Of a stretch of 64,000 nt of DNA, positions 9,225 to 19,250 are shown one piece after another (the stretch's first letter is position 1; the number at the start of each line of letters is the position of its first letter). The notes beneath the pieces were generated by a model. That model made no database searches and had not been told where the DNA came from. It worked only from the letters and a program-made list of their open reading frames with translations. The DNA is from Candidatus Nomurabacteria bacterium. GTDB lineage: Bacteria; Patescibacteriota; Saccharimonadia; Saccharimonadales; JAGQNJ01. The stretch spans positions 84,258 to 148,257 of the forward strand of contig CP060231.1 of the NCBI GenBank assembly GCA_023898625.1. Direction: 5' to 3'. A program made the translations under genes and the position numbers.

Positions 9225-10630
9225 AGTTTAGTTCCTAATTCTATAATTTTAATTCGTTCTTGTTTAGTGGTGTCGCGGTCGCGGACAGTCACGGTGTCGT
9301 CCTCTAAGGTTTGGAAATCTATCACCACACAATACGGCGTGCCGATCTCGTCCTGGCGACGGTAACGCTTACCGATGTTGCCGTTATCGTCCCACATAAC
9401 ATTACCAAACTCGTTCTTTAGAGTTTTGTAAACTTCTTGAGCCTTTTGCACCAACTCTGGCTTGTTCTTGAGTAGTGGCGAAACCGCCACCTTCACTGGT
9501 GCGAGATGCGCAGGAAGCTTTAGGAATACACGCTTTTCACCACTTTGTTCATCCTCTGCATAAGCACTGACAAGCACGGCCATAAACGCTCGTTCTACGC
9601 CAAAAGATGGTTCAATCACATGTGGCACAAACGGCTCACCACCATCTTTTGGGCGATATATCATGTTCTTGCCAGACTCTCGCTGGACATTACCTAGGTC
9701 AAAGTCCGTCCGATACGCAAGCCCAAGCAACTCATCACGCCCATGAGGGTAATCAAATTCAAAGTCTATAGTACGTTTGCTGTAATGAGCCAAGTCATCT
9801 TCGGGTACTTCAAGTTCATACACACTATCGCTAGGGAGGCCAAGTACTTCCAAAAACGTGTGAATATCTTTAACCCACTGTTCAAATACTGATTGCCAGT
9901 TATCTGGATGAACGAAATACTCAATTTCCATCTGCTCGAACTCACGACTACGGAATACGAAATCTCGTGGACTAATTTCGTTACGAAATGCCTTACCCTG
10001 CTGTGCAATGCCGAATGGTAGATCTGGGCTGAAACTATCTACAATATTTTTGTAGTTCGTGAATATTCCTTGTGCGGTCTCTGGTCGCAGATAAACAAGT
10101 GAAGTATCATTATTCAACGAATAGGCAATGGTTTTACTTTCTTCATCTTGTACTGTACTCACAGAACCTGTGGTTGTATCTACATTAGATGTTATATGTA
10201 TACCTTGCTTTTTAATCGTTTCGTCAACAGGTCCTATGTGCGTCTTGAACATCATATTGAATTGACGTGCTGGACCGAACGGATTTTTGGTGCCGCAAGT
10301 TGGACACTTGCTGGTGTCAATCTTATCCTCGCGGAAACGACCATGGCAGTTACTACATTCCACCAACGGGTCAGTGAACGTGTCGACATGACCACTCGCC
10401 TTCCAGACCTTTTGATTCATGAGAATAGCTGCATCCACGCCATACATATCATCTCGCTCCTCGACGAACATCTTCCACCAAAGGTTCATGATTTTTCGTT
10501 TTAGTGATACACCAAGCGGACCGTAATCCCACGTGCCACTCAAACCACCGTAAACTTCGGAGCCCTGATAAATAAACCCACGCCTTTTACACAAGCTTAC
10601 AATATCATCCATCTTTACTTTATTGTTCAT
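9221..10630 (-). CDS. glyQS: Glycine--tRNA ligase (single-chain, class II)
   Basis: 469 aa. RRGFIYQGSEVYGGLSGTWDYGPLGV, class II motifs (FRNEISPR, GVERA) and a C-terminal anticodon-binding domain. Confidence 0.95.
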   Translation of the reverse strand: MNNKVKMDDIVSLCKRRGFIYQGSEVYGGLSGTWDYGPLGVSLKRKIMNLWWKMFVEERDDMYGVDAAILMNQKVWKASGHVDTFTDPLVECSNCHGRFREDKIDTSKCPTCGTKNPFGPARQFNMMFKTHIGPVDETIKKQGIHITSNVDTTTGSVSTVQDEESKTIAYSLNNDTSLVYLRPETAQGIFTNYKNIVDSFSPDLPFGIAQQGKAFRNEISPRDFVFRSREFEQMEIEYFVHPDNWQSVFEQWVKDIHTFLEVLGLPSDSVYELEVPEDDLAHYSKRTIDFEFDYPHGRDELLGLAYRTDFDLGNVQRESGKNMIYRPKDGGEPFVPHVIEPSFGVERAFMAVLVSAYAEDEQSGEKRVFLKLPAHLAPVKVAVSPLLKNKPELVQKAQEVYKTLKNEFGNVMWDDNGNIGKRYRRQDEIGTPYCVVIDFQTLEDDTVTVRDRDTTKQERIKIIELGTKL

Positions 10631-10664
10631 ATTGCCAATTATAACAGATTATATCGTTATAAGT

Positions 10665-11108
10665 TTACGATTTTGGTGGCCAAAAATTTGGGTCATCTTC
10701 TGGACCAATTGGTATTGACCGATTTGAGACACTTACTGAGTCTGGATAAATAATCTCCTGGTCATCTGGTACTCTATCATTAAAGTAGTTCTCTTCTGTC
10801 TCCGACTTTATGATATCTTTGACGATTAAAACCCCCGAGCCAACCAATAAAACAGCACCTAAGCCCATCACCGCAATGTTTAATATTTCTCCTTCTTTAT
10901 CAGAAGAATCTATGTTACTCTCCTTTTTCGCATAATATCCGGGACTCTCTAGTGGAGATTCATGAATATAAGTTTCGACTACCGTAGTAGTGGTATTGTC
11001 GTTAGATTGTTCTAGTTTCTCTGCGCCAACATCTTTATTAAAAATAAAAATTGGTGGGAGTGATATAGCCAATGCAATTCCTGCCTTTTTTGAAATTTTC
11101 ATCACCAT
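10665..11108 (-). CDS. Hypothetical secreted/membrane-anchored protein
   Basis: 147 aa. N-terminal signal-like segment and one internal TM (NIAVMGLGAVLLVGSGVLIV). Confidence 0.4.
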   Translation of the reverse strand: MVMKISKKAGIALAISLPPIFIFNKDVGAEKLEQSNDNTTTTVVETYIHESPLESPGYYAKKESNIDSSDKEGEILNIAVMGLGAVLLVGSGVLIVKDIIKSETEENYFNDRVPDDQEIIYPDSVSVSNRSIPIGPEDDPNFWPPKS

Positions 11109-11168
11109 ACAATAACATATTACTGTATAAATGTATAGAGCCTAGCGAGGAGTGTATCAAATTTAATC

Positions 11169-11855
11169 TTAGCTAGTTGTTTGCTTTATGCATCTTGATA
11201 GGATTTGCTGAATATCGTTCATAATATCTAAAACCCCAGAAACATGCTGTAATATTGTCGGATTTTGATCAATTAACATACGTAGAATCTTAATGTGGTT
11301 CTTATTAAACCTTCCGGTACTTGCGGTAACAAAAGCCATATTTTGATAGTCAAAGTCATACTGTTGACTTTCTTTAAGAGCAATATTATCGACGTCTGTC
11401 ACAACATTTGGATAGTGCCCTAAAACCTTTAATAGATTACCTAGAAACCAGCACCTAGTAATCTGGCTGTCTAGTTTTAGATTGTCTAAATATGACAGAG
11501 CATTAACCAAGAGATGATAATACTCAGTACCGCAACTATCTTCAGTTGTTTTATCTAATAAGCCCAGAACCTCATAACCAACAGAAGTACGAGAATAGTC
11601 TTGTATGATGTTACTAAAATGAGTTTGCAAACGAGTTGATGTTAGGGTTGATATTTCACCACTGCCTTGAATAAAGCTCAATGTACTAATACTAAATAAT
11701 TCGATTCCTCCCGCTAGTTTACTTTTTATTTTTCGTACGCCACGAGCCATTAAACTAACCTTTCCAAAATCCGGAGTAATAACTTTAATGATCCTATCCG
11801 CTTCACGGTAATTTATCCTACCAAGTACTACTCCGGTTGTGTTTATGTGTTTCAT
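11169..11855 (-). CDS. recO: DNA repair protein RecO
   Basis: 228 aa. N-terminal OB-fold signature TTGVVLGRINYREADRIIKVITPDFGKVSLMARGVRK. Confidence 0.85.
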   Translation of the reverse strand: MKHINTTGVVLGRINYREADRIIKVITPDFGKVSLMARGVRKIKSKLAGGIELFSISTLSFIQGSGEISTLTSTRLQTHFSNIIQDYSRTSVGYEVLGLLDKTTEDSCGTEYYHLLVNALSYLDNLKLDSQITRCWFLGNLLKVLGHYPNVVTDVDNIALKESQQYDFDYQNMAFVTASTGRFNKNHIKILRMLIDQNPTILQHVSGVLDIMNDIQQILSRCIKQTTS

Positions 11856-12247
11856 TGAGCAAGCGCTTCCTGAACCGCGAAAAGTATATCTTGGTGGGTT
11901 GCTTGAGATTTGTGTAAATACTTAACAAACTTAAGCTGTTTGTCGTTCAATAAGCTGGAGAAACTCACCTCTGGAACATATGTCAAAACAATAATAGGGA
12001 TTTCACTTAAATCTGGATATGAACGAATCTCATTTAGTAACTCAATACCATTATGTAAACGAAGTTGAATTTCAACAATTATTACATCTGGCTTTGTAGA
12101 GTCGATATCAATAATCGCGTCTTGTGCATTAGTCGAAGAACGTACGTAGTAGCCACTATCATTAAGTATCCTTCTGTATGTTTTGGCCAAAAGCTCATCC
12201 GGCTCAACAACCAACACATTAGTAATGCTAGGTTTTTTACTTAGCAT
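11852..12247 (-). CDS. Receiver-domain protein with Glu at the phospho-acceptor position (pseudo-receiver)
   Basis: 131 aa CheY-like fold. VLVVEPDE replaces the DD pocket, PDVIIVEIQL has E where the phospho-Asp is expected, and the conserved T (IIVLTY) and K (YLHKS) are retained. Confidence 0.65.
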   Translation of the reverse strand: MLSKKPSITNVLVVEPDELLAKTYRRILNDSGYYVRSSTNAQDAIIDIDSTKPDVIIVEIQLRLHNGIELLNEIRSYPDLSEIPIIVLTYVPEVSFSSLLNDKQLKFVKYLHKSQATHQDILFAVQEALAQ

Positions 12248-12960
12248 AATGAAAGTTGTTTGCTTGGCATAAGCATTGCCTTAACGCCCTTTAGTTTATT
12301 ATATCTGCTAGCAACTAATTTTGAATTCATATCACAAAATAGCTCATCGGCAATGATCAACCCACTATTACTACCGAACGAAAGCTCTGACAATGGTTGC
12401 CTTGCACGACCCTTTAACTGACGTAATCTACGCAAGCTACCGGATGATATGTTGCTATCGCTACTATACACACCAATCTCAACAGTATCTTTGTTGCTAG
12501 AATGCAAGTTAAACAACAGGGTATTTTTGTGTCTATTTGCTGGATCATAATCGTAAAGAAAACTATAAGCTAGGCTAGTTATTGCTAGCCCTAGAGCTTG
12601 ATGGTTCGCGATAATTTGTCCAACACTCTTCTGTAAGTTTAATAATATATCAAAATTGTGCAAACGCGCTAGCTTGCCAAGCTGTTGGCTAGATTCATAT
12701 AAAACTGCATGCGCTGAAACAGGCTCAATATTAAACTGTTGTTGATTGTGTTTTAGTTTGGTTGTCAAAATATATCCGTCAAGCAACTTTAGTGCTGCAT
12801 CGGCAATAGTACGCGCATTCGTTTGATTTTTTAAGTTTCCTTTGGACTCTTCTAGGCTCAGCTCGTTTAGAATTCTATAAAATGGCACCCTTAGATCCTC
12901 GGCAATATTATAAAAAACGTCAGTGTTATTTACTCCTATAACATCACCAAAAGACCTCAT
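12241..12960 (-). CDS. Degenerate histidine-kinase-like protein (H-box His replaced by Glu)
   Basis: 239 aa. IAEDLRVPFYRI aligns to the H-box SHELRTPLTSI with E at the His position. The C-terminal GSNSGLIIADELF resembles a decayed G2 box. No TM or sensor domain. Confidence 0.45.
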   Translation of the reverse strand: MRSFGDVIGVNNTDVFYNIAEDLRVPFYRILNELSLEESKGNLKNQTNARTIADAALKLLDGYILTTKLKHNQQQFNIEPVSAHAVLYESSQQLGKLARLHNFDILLNLQKSVGQIIANHQALGLAITSLAYSFLYDYDPANRHKNTLLFNLHSSNKDTVEIGVYSSDSNISSGSLRRLRQLKGRARQPLSELSFGSNSGLIIADELFCDMNSKLVASRYNKLKGVKAMLMPSKQLSLC

Positions 12961-13003
12961 TAGTATCTACCCCTTTACTATTTAAATAATAGCAGGAGTT
13001 TAC

Positions 13004-13681
13004 TTATGGGGTAAATGAAAAGTTTGGCAAAACGTTGTTATTAAAGTCGCCGTAGTATTGATCAGACTCGGTGAATAATTTAACTGTTTTATCTCTTAGT
13101 GGCATTAGAATAACAATTCCTTGTTGTTTGGGTGATATTTCTCCGTCAATCCTCATACCAACAACGCCTGGTATGTTGCGATTTGTATAAGAAGTTGATC
13201 GTGCTTTCCCAGATTTCACTTGTGCATCATAAGTCCGGGCCTCTTCAGAAAATTGTCTATCTACCACCTGCACTCTCAATGCATACGCAGAGCCACTCTG
13301 CAATCCTGGAACAGTTGTTGGATTAAAATACCCGTCGACAGGTGTACCACCCTTACCGCTATCCTCGACATAAGCACTCCACGTTTTGGGGTACTTAATA
13401 ATTACCCCACCGAACGAGTCTGGGCCCTGATATGTTTCAAGAGGTTGTTTCTCTTTTTCGGTAAATTCATTATCTTTTTGAGTGGCGGTTTCTTTTTTGG
13501 CAATCTCAACCTGTTTAGCCACAATACCGTCTGTATTGTTCTTATACTCTTGGCGACTTGAATAAGCCCAAATAGCAAATCCACTCACTGCAAGAAATAA
13601 AATTGTTACCAGAATCAGTGGTATCAACAAGGCATTTATCGATCCTTGATCGTTCTCAGTTATTCGACTATCCTTGTTCAT
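13004..13681 (-). CDS. Hypothetical membrane-anchored extracytoplasmic protein
   Basis: 225 aa. One N-terminal TM (LLIPLILVTILFLAVSGFAIWAY), then a soluble beta-rich domain. Confidence 0.45.
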   Translation of the reverse strand: MNKDSRITENDQGSINALLIPLILVTILFLAVSGFAIWAYSSRQEYKNNTDGIVAKQVEIAKKETATQKDNEFTEKEKQPLETYQGPDSFGGVIIKYPKTWSAYVEDSGKGGTPVDGYFNPTTVPGLQSGSAYALRVQVVDRQFSEEARTYDAQVKSGKARSTSYTNRNIPGVVGMRIDGEISPKQQGIVILMPLRDKTVKLFTESDQYYGDFNNNVLPNFSFTP

Positions 13682-13696
13682 ACCGTTAATGTTAAC

Positions 13697-14221
13697 CTAC
13701 CTATGATTTTTTTTCAATTGTTTATCATATTCATAAAGATACATACCATTAATTTGCCTTGTAGGTTTTCTGTCCGGAATAGTAAATGCAAAACTAACTA
13801 ATTTAACACCTTTGGGGTATTTTTGAATAATATGTTTGTCCAGTTTTTGCATGTATGGTTGTAATAAAAACACGAAAATTGCATCAGTTGGAGGCCATTG
13901 TTTTGTCCAGTAATTTCCCCAATGAATTTTTACTAACTTTCTGTACTTGAAAGTAATAATTTTTGAGTAAATAACAAGAAATGGATTTATCTCATACCCG
14001 ACAGATCTAATACCCTGCCTAGCAAATGACAATAAAATACGTCCGTCACCACTGCCCAATTCTAAGACGGATTGGCCCGGCTTCAGCCTACAGAGTTTTT
14101 GAATATCTGGTACTCTGTCTTTTAAGGTGGGCAAAAATGGCGCTCCAACAGCAATAACAAATGTGAATGCAACAAAAATGACAGCTAACGATACTAAAAT
14201 TATATTCCAAGCAAGTTCCAT
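13697..14221 (-). CDS. Class I SAM-dependent methyltransferase with N-terminal TM helix
   Basis: 174 aa. Motif I VLELGSGDGRILLSFARQG. Confidence 0.6.
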   Translation of the reverse strand: MELAWNIILVSLAVIFVAFTFVIAVGAPFLPTLKDRVPDIQKLCRLKPGQSVLELGSGDGRILLSFARQGIRSVGYEINPFLVIYSKIITFKYRKLVKIHWGNYWTKQWPPTDAIFVFLLQPYMQKLDKHIIQKYPKGVKLVSFAFTIPDRKPTRQINGMYLYEYDKQLKKNHR

Positions 14222-14229
14222 AGAATTTA

Positions 14230-14418
14230 CTATTCTATTTCAGCTTTAATCTTAGTTATTTTATTCTCTGCTTCCTCAAGATATTTCTTCATTTTGCTAA
14301 TTAATTTTTGAGCTTCTTGATACTTGCTTATTGCTTCATCGATATCCAAATCCCCACTCTTAAGCTCCATCATTAAGCTATCTAATTTATCAGACATTTG
14401 TTGGTAATTATTGCTCAT
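14230..14418 (-). CDS. xseB: Exodeoxyribonuclease VII small subunit
   Basis: 62 aa. LDIDEAISKYQEAQKLI helix-hairpin pattern. Lies immediately downstream of xseA. Confidence 0.8.
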   Translation of the reverse strand: MSNNYQQMSDKLDSLMMELKSGDLDIDEAISKYQEAQKLISKMKKYLEEAENKITKIKAEIE

Positions 14419-14432
14419 AGTTAAAGTATAAA

Positions 14433-15545
14433 CTACTCCTCTTTCGGTGCGAAATTAATGATACCATCACTAAACTGCAAACTTATAGGTAATCTTGTAG
14501 CTAGTTGCGAAGACTTACTTATTATCTTGCCATTTTGACGAACAATGACGAACCCTCTGTCTAGCGTTTGTATTGGATCAAGAATCTGAATAGTATTCAT
14601 TGCTGTATCAAGATAATCCTTCGATTTATAAATACGATTCGTTACGGCTTCTTGAATTACTAACTCTCTGTCAACTATATGTGTTTTGGATGACTCTAAC
14701 ATCCTTTGCAGATAATCTCGCAAGTATTCTTGTTGTGTTGTGATGTTTTGTAAAACATGTTTTTTATCCGGGACCAATACCTGCGCCGCATTGCTAGGCG
14801 TACTGGCACGTTTATCTGCTACTCTCTCAGCAAGAGAAATATCAACCTCATGACCAATTGCAACCAGTGTTGGTATACGACTCGCTATAATGGCTCGGAC
14901 CACTCCTTCATGGTTAAACGACTGTAGGTCATCGTTACTCCCTCCTCCTCTAGTAATTACTAGCACCTCAACATCCTGATAGTGTTGGTTTACGTAGTCA
15001 ATTGCTCTGATAATTTGACTTGGTGAGTTATCACCCTGAACCGAAACATCACAAAGAATGATATCAAGGCCTGACCATCGCTCATTTACGATCTTTGTGA
15101 AATCAGTAAATCCAGCTGATTCTGAGGAACTTATGATTGCAACCTTACTTGGCATTATGGGTAAATTTCTCTTACGAACTTCATCAAACAAACCTTCCTT
15201 GGCAAGCTTCTGCTCCAGTAAGCTCTTGGATTTTTGGATACTTCCCTCTCCGGAAAGTTTAATGTTATGAAAGTTAACGCTAAAACCAAATTTTGGATGC
15301 AATTGAGGTATCCCGCTCGCTACAACCATCATTCCATCATCTAATTCACCAGGTAAGTTAAATGCACTACCAAAAAATCGTAATGATGAGTACTGGTCCT
15401 TTAAATCAAAATATACCCACTTATTTCTACTGATCTTATAATTGGCTATTTCCCCGATAACTTGAATGAATCCAAATGAAGTATCTAGAACTTGGTTACA
15501 AATTGCCACAAAATCAGTCACCGAATAGACTAGTTGGTTATTCAT
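14433..15545 (-). CDS. xseA: Exodeoxyribonuclease VII large subunit
   Basis: 370 aa. N-terminal OB fold (VIGEIANYKISRNKWVYFDLKD) and catalytic region ITRGGGSNDDL...AIGHEVD. Confidence 0.9.
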   Translation of the reverse strand: MNNQLVYSVTDFVAICNQVLDTSFGFIQVIGEIANYKISRNKWVYFDLKDQYSSLRFFGSAFNLPGELDDGMMVVASGIPQLHPKFGFSVNFHNIKLSGEGSIQKSKSLLEQKLAKEGLFDEVRKRNLPIMPSKVAIISSSESAGFTDFTKIVNERWSGLDIILCDVSVQGDNSPSQIIRAIDYVNQHYQDVEVLVITRGGGSNDDLQSFNHEGVVRAIIASRIPTLVAIGHEVDISLAERVADKRASTPSNAAQVLVPDKKHVLQNITTQQEYLRDYLQRMLESSKTHIVDRELVIQEAVTNRIYKSKDYLDTAMNTIQILDPIQTLDRGFVIVRQNGKIISKSSQLATRLPISLQFSDGIINFAPKEE

Positions 15546-16582
15546 AACTTGATGTCGTTGTCTTGAACTGCTTTATGATAAAGAATGTACCCTGGAGGTA
15601 ATTGCATAGCCATAGTTGATACACGATACATTATTACAACCGGAAAACTAATTCCAGCTGGCACACCCGCAGAAGCTAGCACTGCCGTCATTAGGGCTTC
15701 ATAAATACCAACCCCTCCCGGGAGAATGGATACAAGACCCGCGAAGTTGGCAACAGCATAGGCTAAAATAACCGCTCCAGGATTAACCCAGAAACCAAAG
15801 GCTACGAACACCAAATACAACGTGACGATTTCTGTAATATTTGAAAACAATGCATGAAATAGGGGTTTCTTAAGAACGCTAAAATCTTTCTTTATAAGCA
15901 GATAGTTCTCATGAAGTTCGCCAAACGCTTTTTGAGCTCTATGTATATTAATGGTCTCGGGATTCTTTGGTCTAACAAAACTAACAACTTTATTAACTAA
16001 TTTTGTGATACCCGTAAAAAACATATTTATTCTTTGTTTGCTACCGATGATATATGCAAGAAGCATGGTTCCAGTAATTAACAACGTTGCAATTGACCCG
16101 GCAATTAACAATACGAAATTATTAACCGCCCCCGAGAACGCCAAAGCCAGAACCCCAATTGCCAAAACTACCTGAAACGATACAAAAACTAACACAAATC
16201 TCATTAGCTGTATTAGAGTTGACGTGCCTGTTCTCACCCCTAATGTTCGTAATCGTAAGCTAAAGTATGAAAACCCAGAAACACCACCACTTGGAAAGAC
16301 ATGATTAACAAAGTTTAGCTCAAGAGTTATTCGGTATAATTTGCTGATACTAATTTTATGCCCTAAAAATCGCAGTAAATCATCATACATCAGGGCGTAA
16401 GTCTGAAAGTTTAGTGCTTGAACTGGTATCATCAATAGTAATATCCACCAGCTAATATCATCAATTTTTGCAACTGTTTCGATAACATCTTTACGTACCA
16501 GATAAATTAATAACACTAGCGCCAAGAGCGTTATTGTATTGATAATTATCTTCCAACGTTGTTGCTTTTTTTCTTCTGACAT
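15542..16582 (-). CDS. UPF0104 / lysylphosphatidylglycerol-synthase-TM-region-like (flippase-like) membrane protein
   Basis: 346 aa with about 8 TM helices. The C-terminal PGGVGIYEA motif is typical of this family. Confidence 0.55.
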   Translation of the reverse strand: MSEEKKQQRWKIIINTITLLALVLLIYLVRKDVIETVAKIDDISWWILLLMIPVQALNFQTYALMYDDLLRFLGHKISISKLYRITLELNFVNHVFPSGGVSGFSYFSLRLRTLGVRTGTSTLIQLMRFVLVFVSFQVVLAIGVLALAFSGAVNNFVLLIAGSIATLLITGTMLLAYIIGSKQRINMFFTGITKLVNKVVSFVRPKNPETINIHRAQKAFGELHENYLLIKKDFSVLKKPLFHALFSNITEIVTLYLVFVAFGFWVNPGAVILAYAVANFAGLVSILPGGVGIYEALMTAVLASAGVPAGISFPVVIMYRVSTMAMQLPPGYILYHKAVQDNDIKL

Positions 16583-16619
16583 AGATATTCACATTATACC
16601 AGGTATACTAATAGCCAGT

Positions 16620-17795
16620 ATGTCGAGTAGTTTGTTAATCTTAGGCCGACAGCCGTCAATATCACTAGCCGAGTTAGAAAGCATCTATGGCTCAGAGAAT
16701 ATTTCTCCTCTTGGAGAATCCTCTGCCATAATCGACCTCCCCTACTCAAAAATAAAACTTGATAATCTGGGTGGATGCATCAAGCTTTGTGAAATACTAA
16801 CAACCATACCCAAAACAGATTGGAAAAATATCAGTCATCACCTGTCGATATTGCTACCAGATTTAATTAATAACTTACCAGAAGGCAAAATAAAACTAGG
16901 TATCAGCGTTTACGACCTGAACATCTCACCAAGAACAATAAGTTCAGAGGCACTCAAACTTAAAAAATTAATCCAAAATCTTAATAGGACAGTTAGAGTC
17001 ATTCCCAATAGTCAACCGGCACTCAATACCGCTCAAGTCATCTTTAATAAACTTACCGCGGAACCCGGCATAGAGCTAATTATTACAGGTGACGCAAACC
17101 AGGTAGTTATTGCCAAAACTAAGAATGTCCAGAATATAAACTCTTACGCATCTCGTGATCAAAAACGGCCGAAACGAGATGCTAGAGTGGGTATGCTACC
17201 ACCAAAACTTGCACAAACAATCATTAATCTTGCCTCGCAAGATTATTCACAAAGTATACTAGACCCGTTTTGTGGTACAGGCGTAATCCTTCAAGAAGCC
17301 TTGCTTATGGGTCACGATGTTTACGGAACTGATATTGAGGAAAGAATGGTTGAGTATTCCAAGATAAACCTAGATTGGCTTTATGAGCAAGCTTCTTACG
17401 ACCTTAGTCGGCAAACATATCTTTTAGAAGCTGGTGATGCCTGTAATCTTATCTGGCAAGATTTTGATTGCATTGCATCAGAAACCTATCTTGGGCGACC
17501 CTTCTCATCTGAACCCAACCCAGATCAGCTTAAAACAATTATTAATAGTGTTAACGTTATTCACAAAAAATTCCTGCAAAATGTAGCTAGACAAACAAAA
17601 CCGGGATTTAAGATGTGTATCGCGATTCCAGCCTGGTTTACAAAATATGGAATAAAACACTTACCTATGCTTGACCACTTAACAGATATGGGGTATACTC
17701 GAAAGAGTTTTGTTCACGCATTAGATAAAGATTTGATTTATCATCGCGATAATCAAATAGTAGGTCGTGAACTGGTAATACTAATAAGGAATTAA
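16620..17795 (+). CDS. Putative RNA methyltransferase (UPF0020/Trm11-RlmL-like SAM MTase)
   Basis: I chose the internal ATG at 16620 (MSSSLLILGRQP...) because the longer ORF start overlaps the divergent gene. SAM motif I is DPFCGTGVILQEALLMG. Motif IV appears degenerate (ETYLGRPF). Confidence 0.55.
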   Translation: MSSSLLILGRQPSISLAELESIYGSENISPLGESSAIIDLPYSKIKLDNLGGCIKLCEILTTIPKTDWKNISHHLSILLPDLINNLPEGKIKLGISVYDLNISPRTISSEALKLKKLIQNLNRTVRVIPNSQPALNTAQVIFNKLTAEPGIELIITGDANQVVIAKTKNVQNINSYASRDQKRPKRDARVGMLPPKLAQTIINLASQDYSQSILDPFCGTGVILQEALLMGHDVYGTDIEERMVEYSKINLDWLYEQASYDLSRQTYLLEAGDACNLIWQDFDCIASETYLGRPFSSEPNPDQLKTIINSVNVIHKKFLQNVARQTKPGFKMCIAIPAWFTKYGIKHLPMLDHLTDMGYTRKSFVHALDKDLIYHRDNQIVGRELVILIRN

Positions 17796-17796
17796 T

Positions 17797-18069
17797 ATGT
17801 CAAAAGTTAAAGCAGGTGGTAGCAGTAAAAACGTTCATGACAGTCCAGGACAAAGACTTGGTGTCAAGTTATTTGGTGGCCAAAAAGTTAAGAATGGTCA
17901 AGTTATTGTCCGTCAAGTAGGAGCCACAAAACGTGCTGGCGAAGGAACCTACATGAGCCGAAACTTCACAATTCATGCGTCAAAAGACGGTATCGTTACT
18001 TATACTACGCGTAAAGTAAGGCTCTTCACTGGTAAAACCGCTCGACGTACCGAAGTCTCAGTAAAATAG
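17797..18069 (+). CDS. rpmA: 50S ribosomal protein L27
   Basis: 90 aa. KAGGSSKNVHDSPGQRLGVKLFGGQ signature. Confidence 0.95.
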   Translation: MSKVKAGGSSKNVHDSPGQRLGVKLFGGQKVKNGQVIVRQVGATKRAGEGTYMSRNFTIHASKDGIVTYTTRKVRLFTGKTARRTEVSVK

Positions 18070-18085
18070 TAGTCCCTCACTTCTC

Positions 18086-18726
18086 TTAATCATGAAGTAA
18101 AGCCTGACCATATGGGCCAGTGTATAACTCATTGGTACTGTCAATGTATGTATTGATGGTGTCAGTTTGATTTAGGTTTTCACCCTTTGAATATGGGACA
18201 TAGCCATTTATCATAAATCCACCACTTTCCCGTATTCTATCGCGCGATTCTACTAGTTGATCAAAATCTTCTTGACCCTCATTATCAAATTCAGACCGAT
18301 ATAATAAACCAATAGCTCTAGCGGTTCTGCCATTACCATCACAAAATGGATGTAATATTACGGTTGCAAGCGCCAATGCATCACCAACCGTGCTGGATTA
18401 ATCCCCTGCTGTGAATTATGAATCTTTTCTATAACATTTGAAAAAATTTGATAACGATCTTCAGGATTAACTGTTTCTTTTTCGCCAATCTTCATAGTTT
18501 GATCATGTATCATTGTAGATTCAGTACCCGTCAACCCTCTATTTAAATCAGATATAAATAATGCTATGTTTTCTTTAGATGATGAACTCAATGCATTTAA
18601 CCGTACTTCTGGAGAGTCACCCGACAACTCATAATTATTCAGCATTTCTTGAAAATCGTTAAACGAAAGTGTTTTGCTCTTTTCTTCAGCTTCCTGATTT
18701 TGTGGAATTTGGTCTATTTCTGACAT
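18086..18726 (-). pseudogene. Fic/DOC-family protein gene split by a frameshift
   Basis: Two overlapping ORFs (18358-18726 and 18086-18376). The downstream one carries the Fic motif HPFCDGNGRTARA. Re-reading across about 18377-18397 with a 1-nt shift joins ...GINPARLV to GDALALATVILHPFCDGNGR. Confidence 0.7.
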
Positions 18727-18812
18727 CTTTATTTTGTTTTAGTACCAATACATTACTACAATACCAAATCTTTTGTCAATTAGAACAGGCTTTGTGCTAA
18801 TAGTTGCAAAAA

Positions 18813-19244
18813 TTAATCGTTTACACCAAGCTGGCTTTTAATTCTATCTACCACATCTGCAATGACTACTTGCGATTTAACGAGGTAATCATCTGCACCC
18901 AGCTGATTTGCCCTAGCTTTATCGTTATCTTGGCTCAAGGCAGTAAGCATTATTATCTTCAAGTTGGCGGTTTCGGGTGTATTTCTTAGTATATCTAGTA
19001 CATCAAATCCACTCACTTTTGGCATCATCACATCCAATAAAACTAAATCTGGCTTGAACTCAATAGCAGAAGCTAATGCATCTTCTCCATTTGGTACACG
19101 CCTTACTATAAAGCCCTCCACTTCTAGTCTCGCAAGGTATACATTCGCCAGATTATCGTCATCTTCTACTAATAATATTTTCTTTTGTTTATTGTTTGAT
19201 ATATCCATAATGCTTATGCTACTCCATTTACGTTTATATGACAA
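18813..19244 (-). CDS. Single-domain response regulator (CheY-like receiver)
   Basis: Canonical LLVEDDD, PDLVLLDVMMP (phospho-Asp), IIMLTA and DYLVKS motifs. The true start is probably the internal MDISNNKQKK (about 19208). Confidence 0.85.
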   Translation of the reverse strand: MSYKRKWSSISIMDISNNKQKKILLVEDDDNLANVYLARLEVEGFIVRRVPNGEDALASAIEFKPDLVLLDVMMPKVSGFDVLDILRNTPETANLKIIMLTALSQDNDKARANQLGADDYLVKSQVVIADVVDRIKSQLGVND

Positions 19245-19250
19245 TTATTC

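Noticed and set aside
16539-16619. N-terminal extension of the methyltransferase ORF (MIIIFQRCCFFSS...).
   Set aside because: It overlaps the 5' end of the divergent membrane-protein gene and translates to implausible sequence. The internal ATG at 16620 gives a sensible N-terminus.
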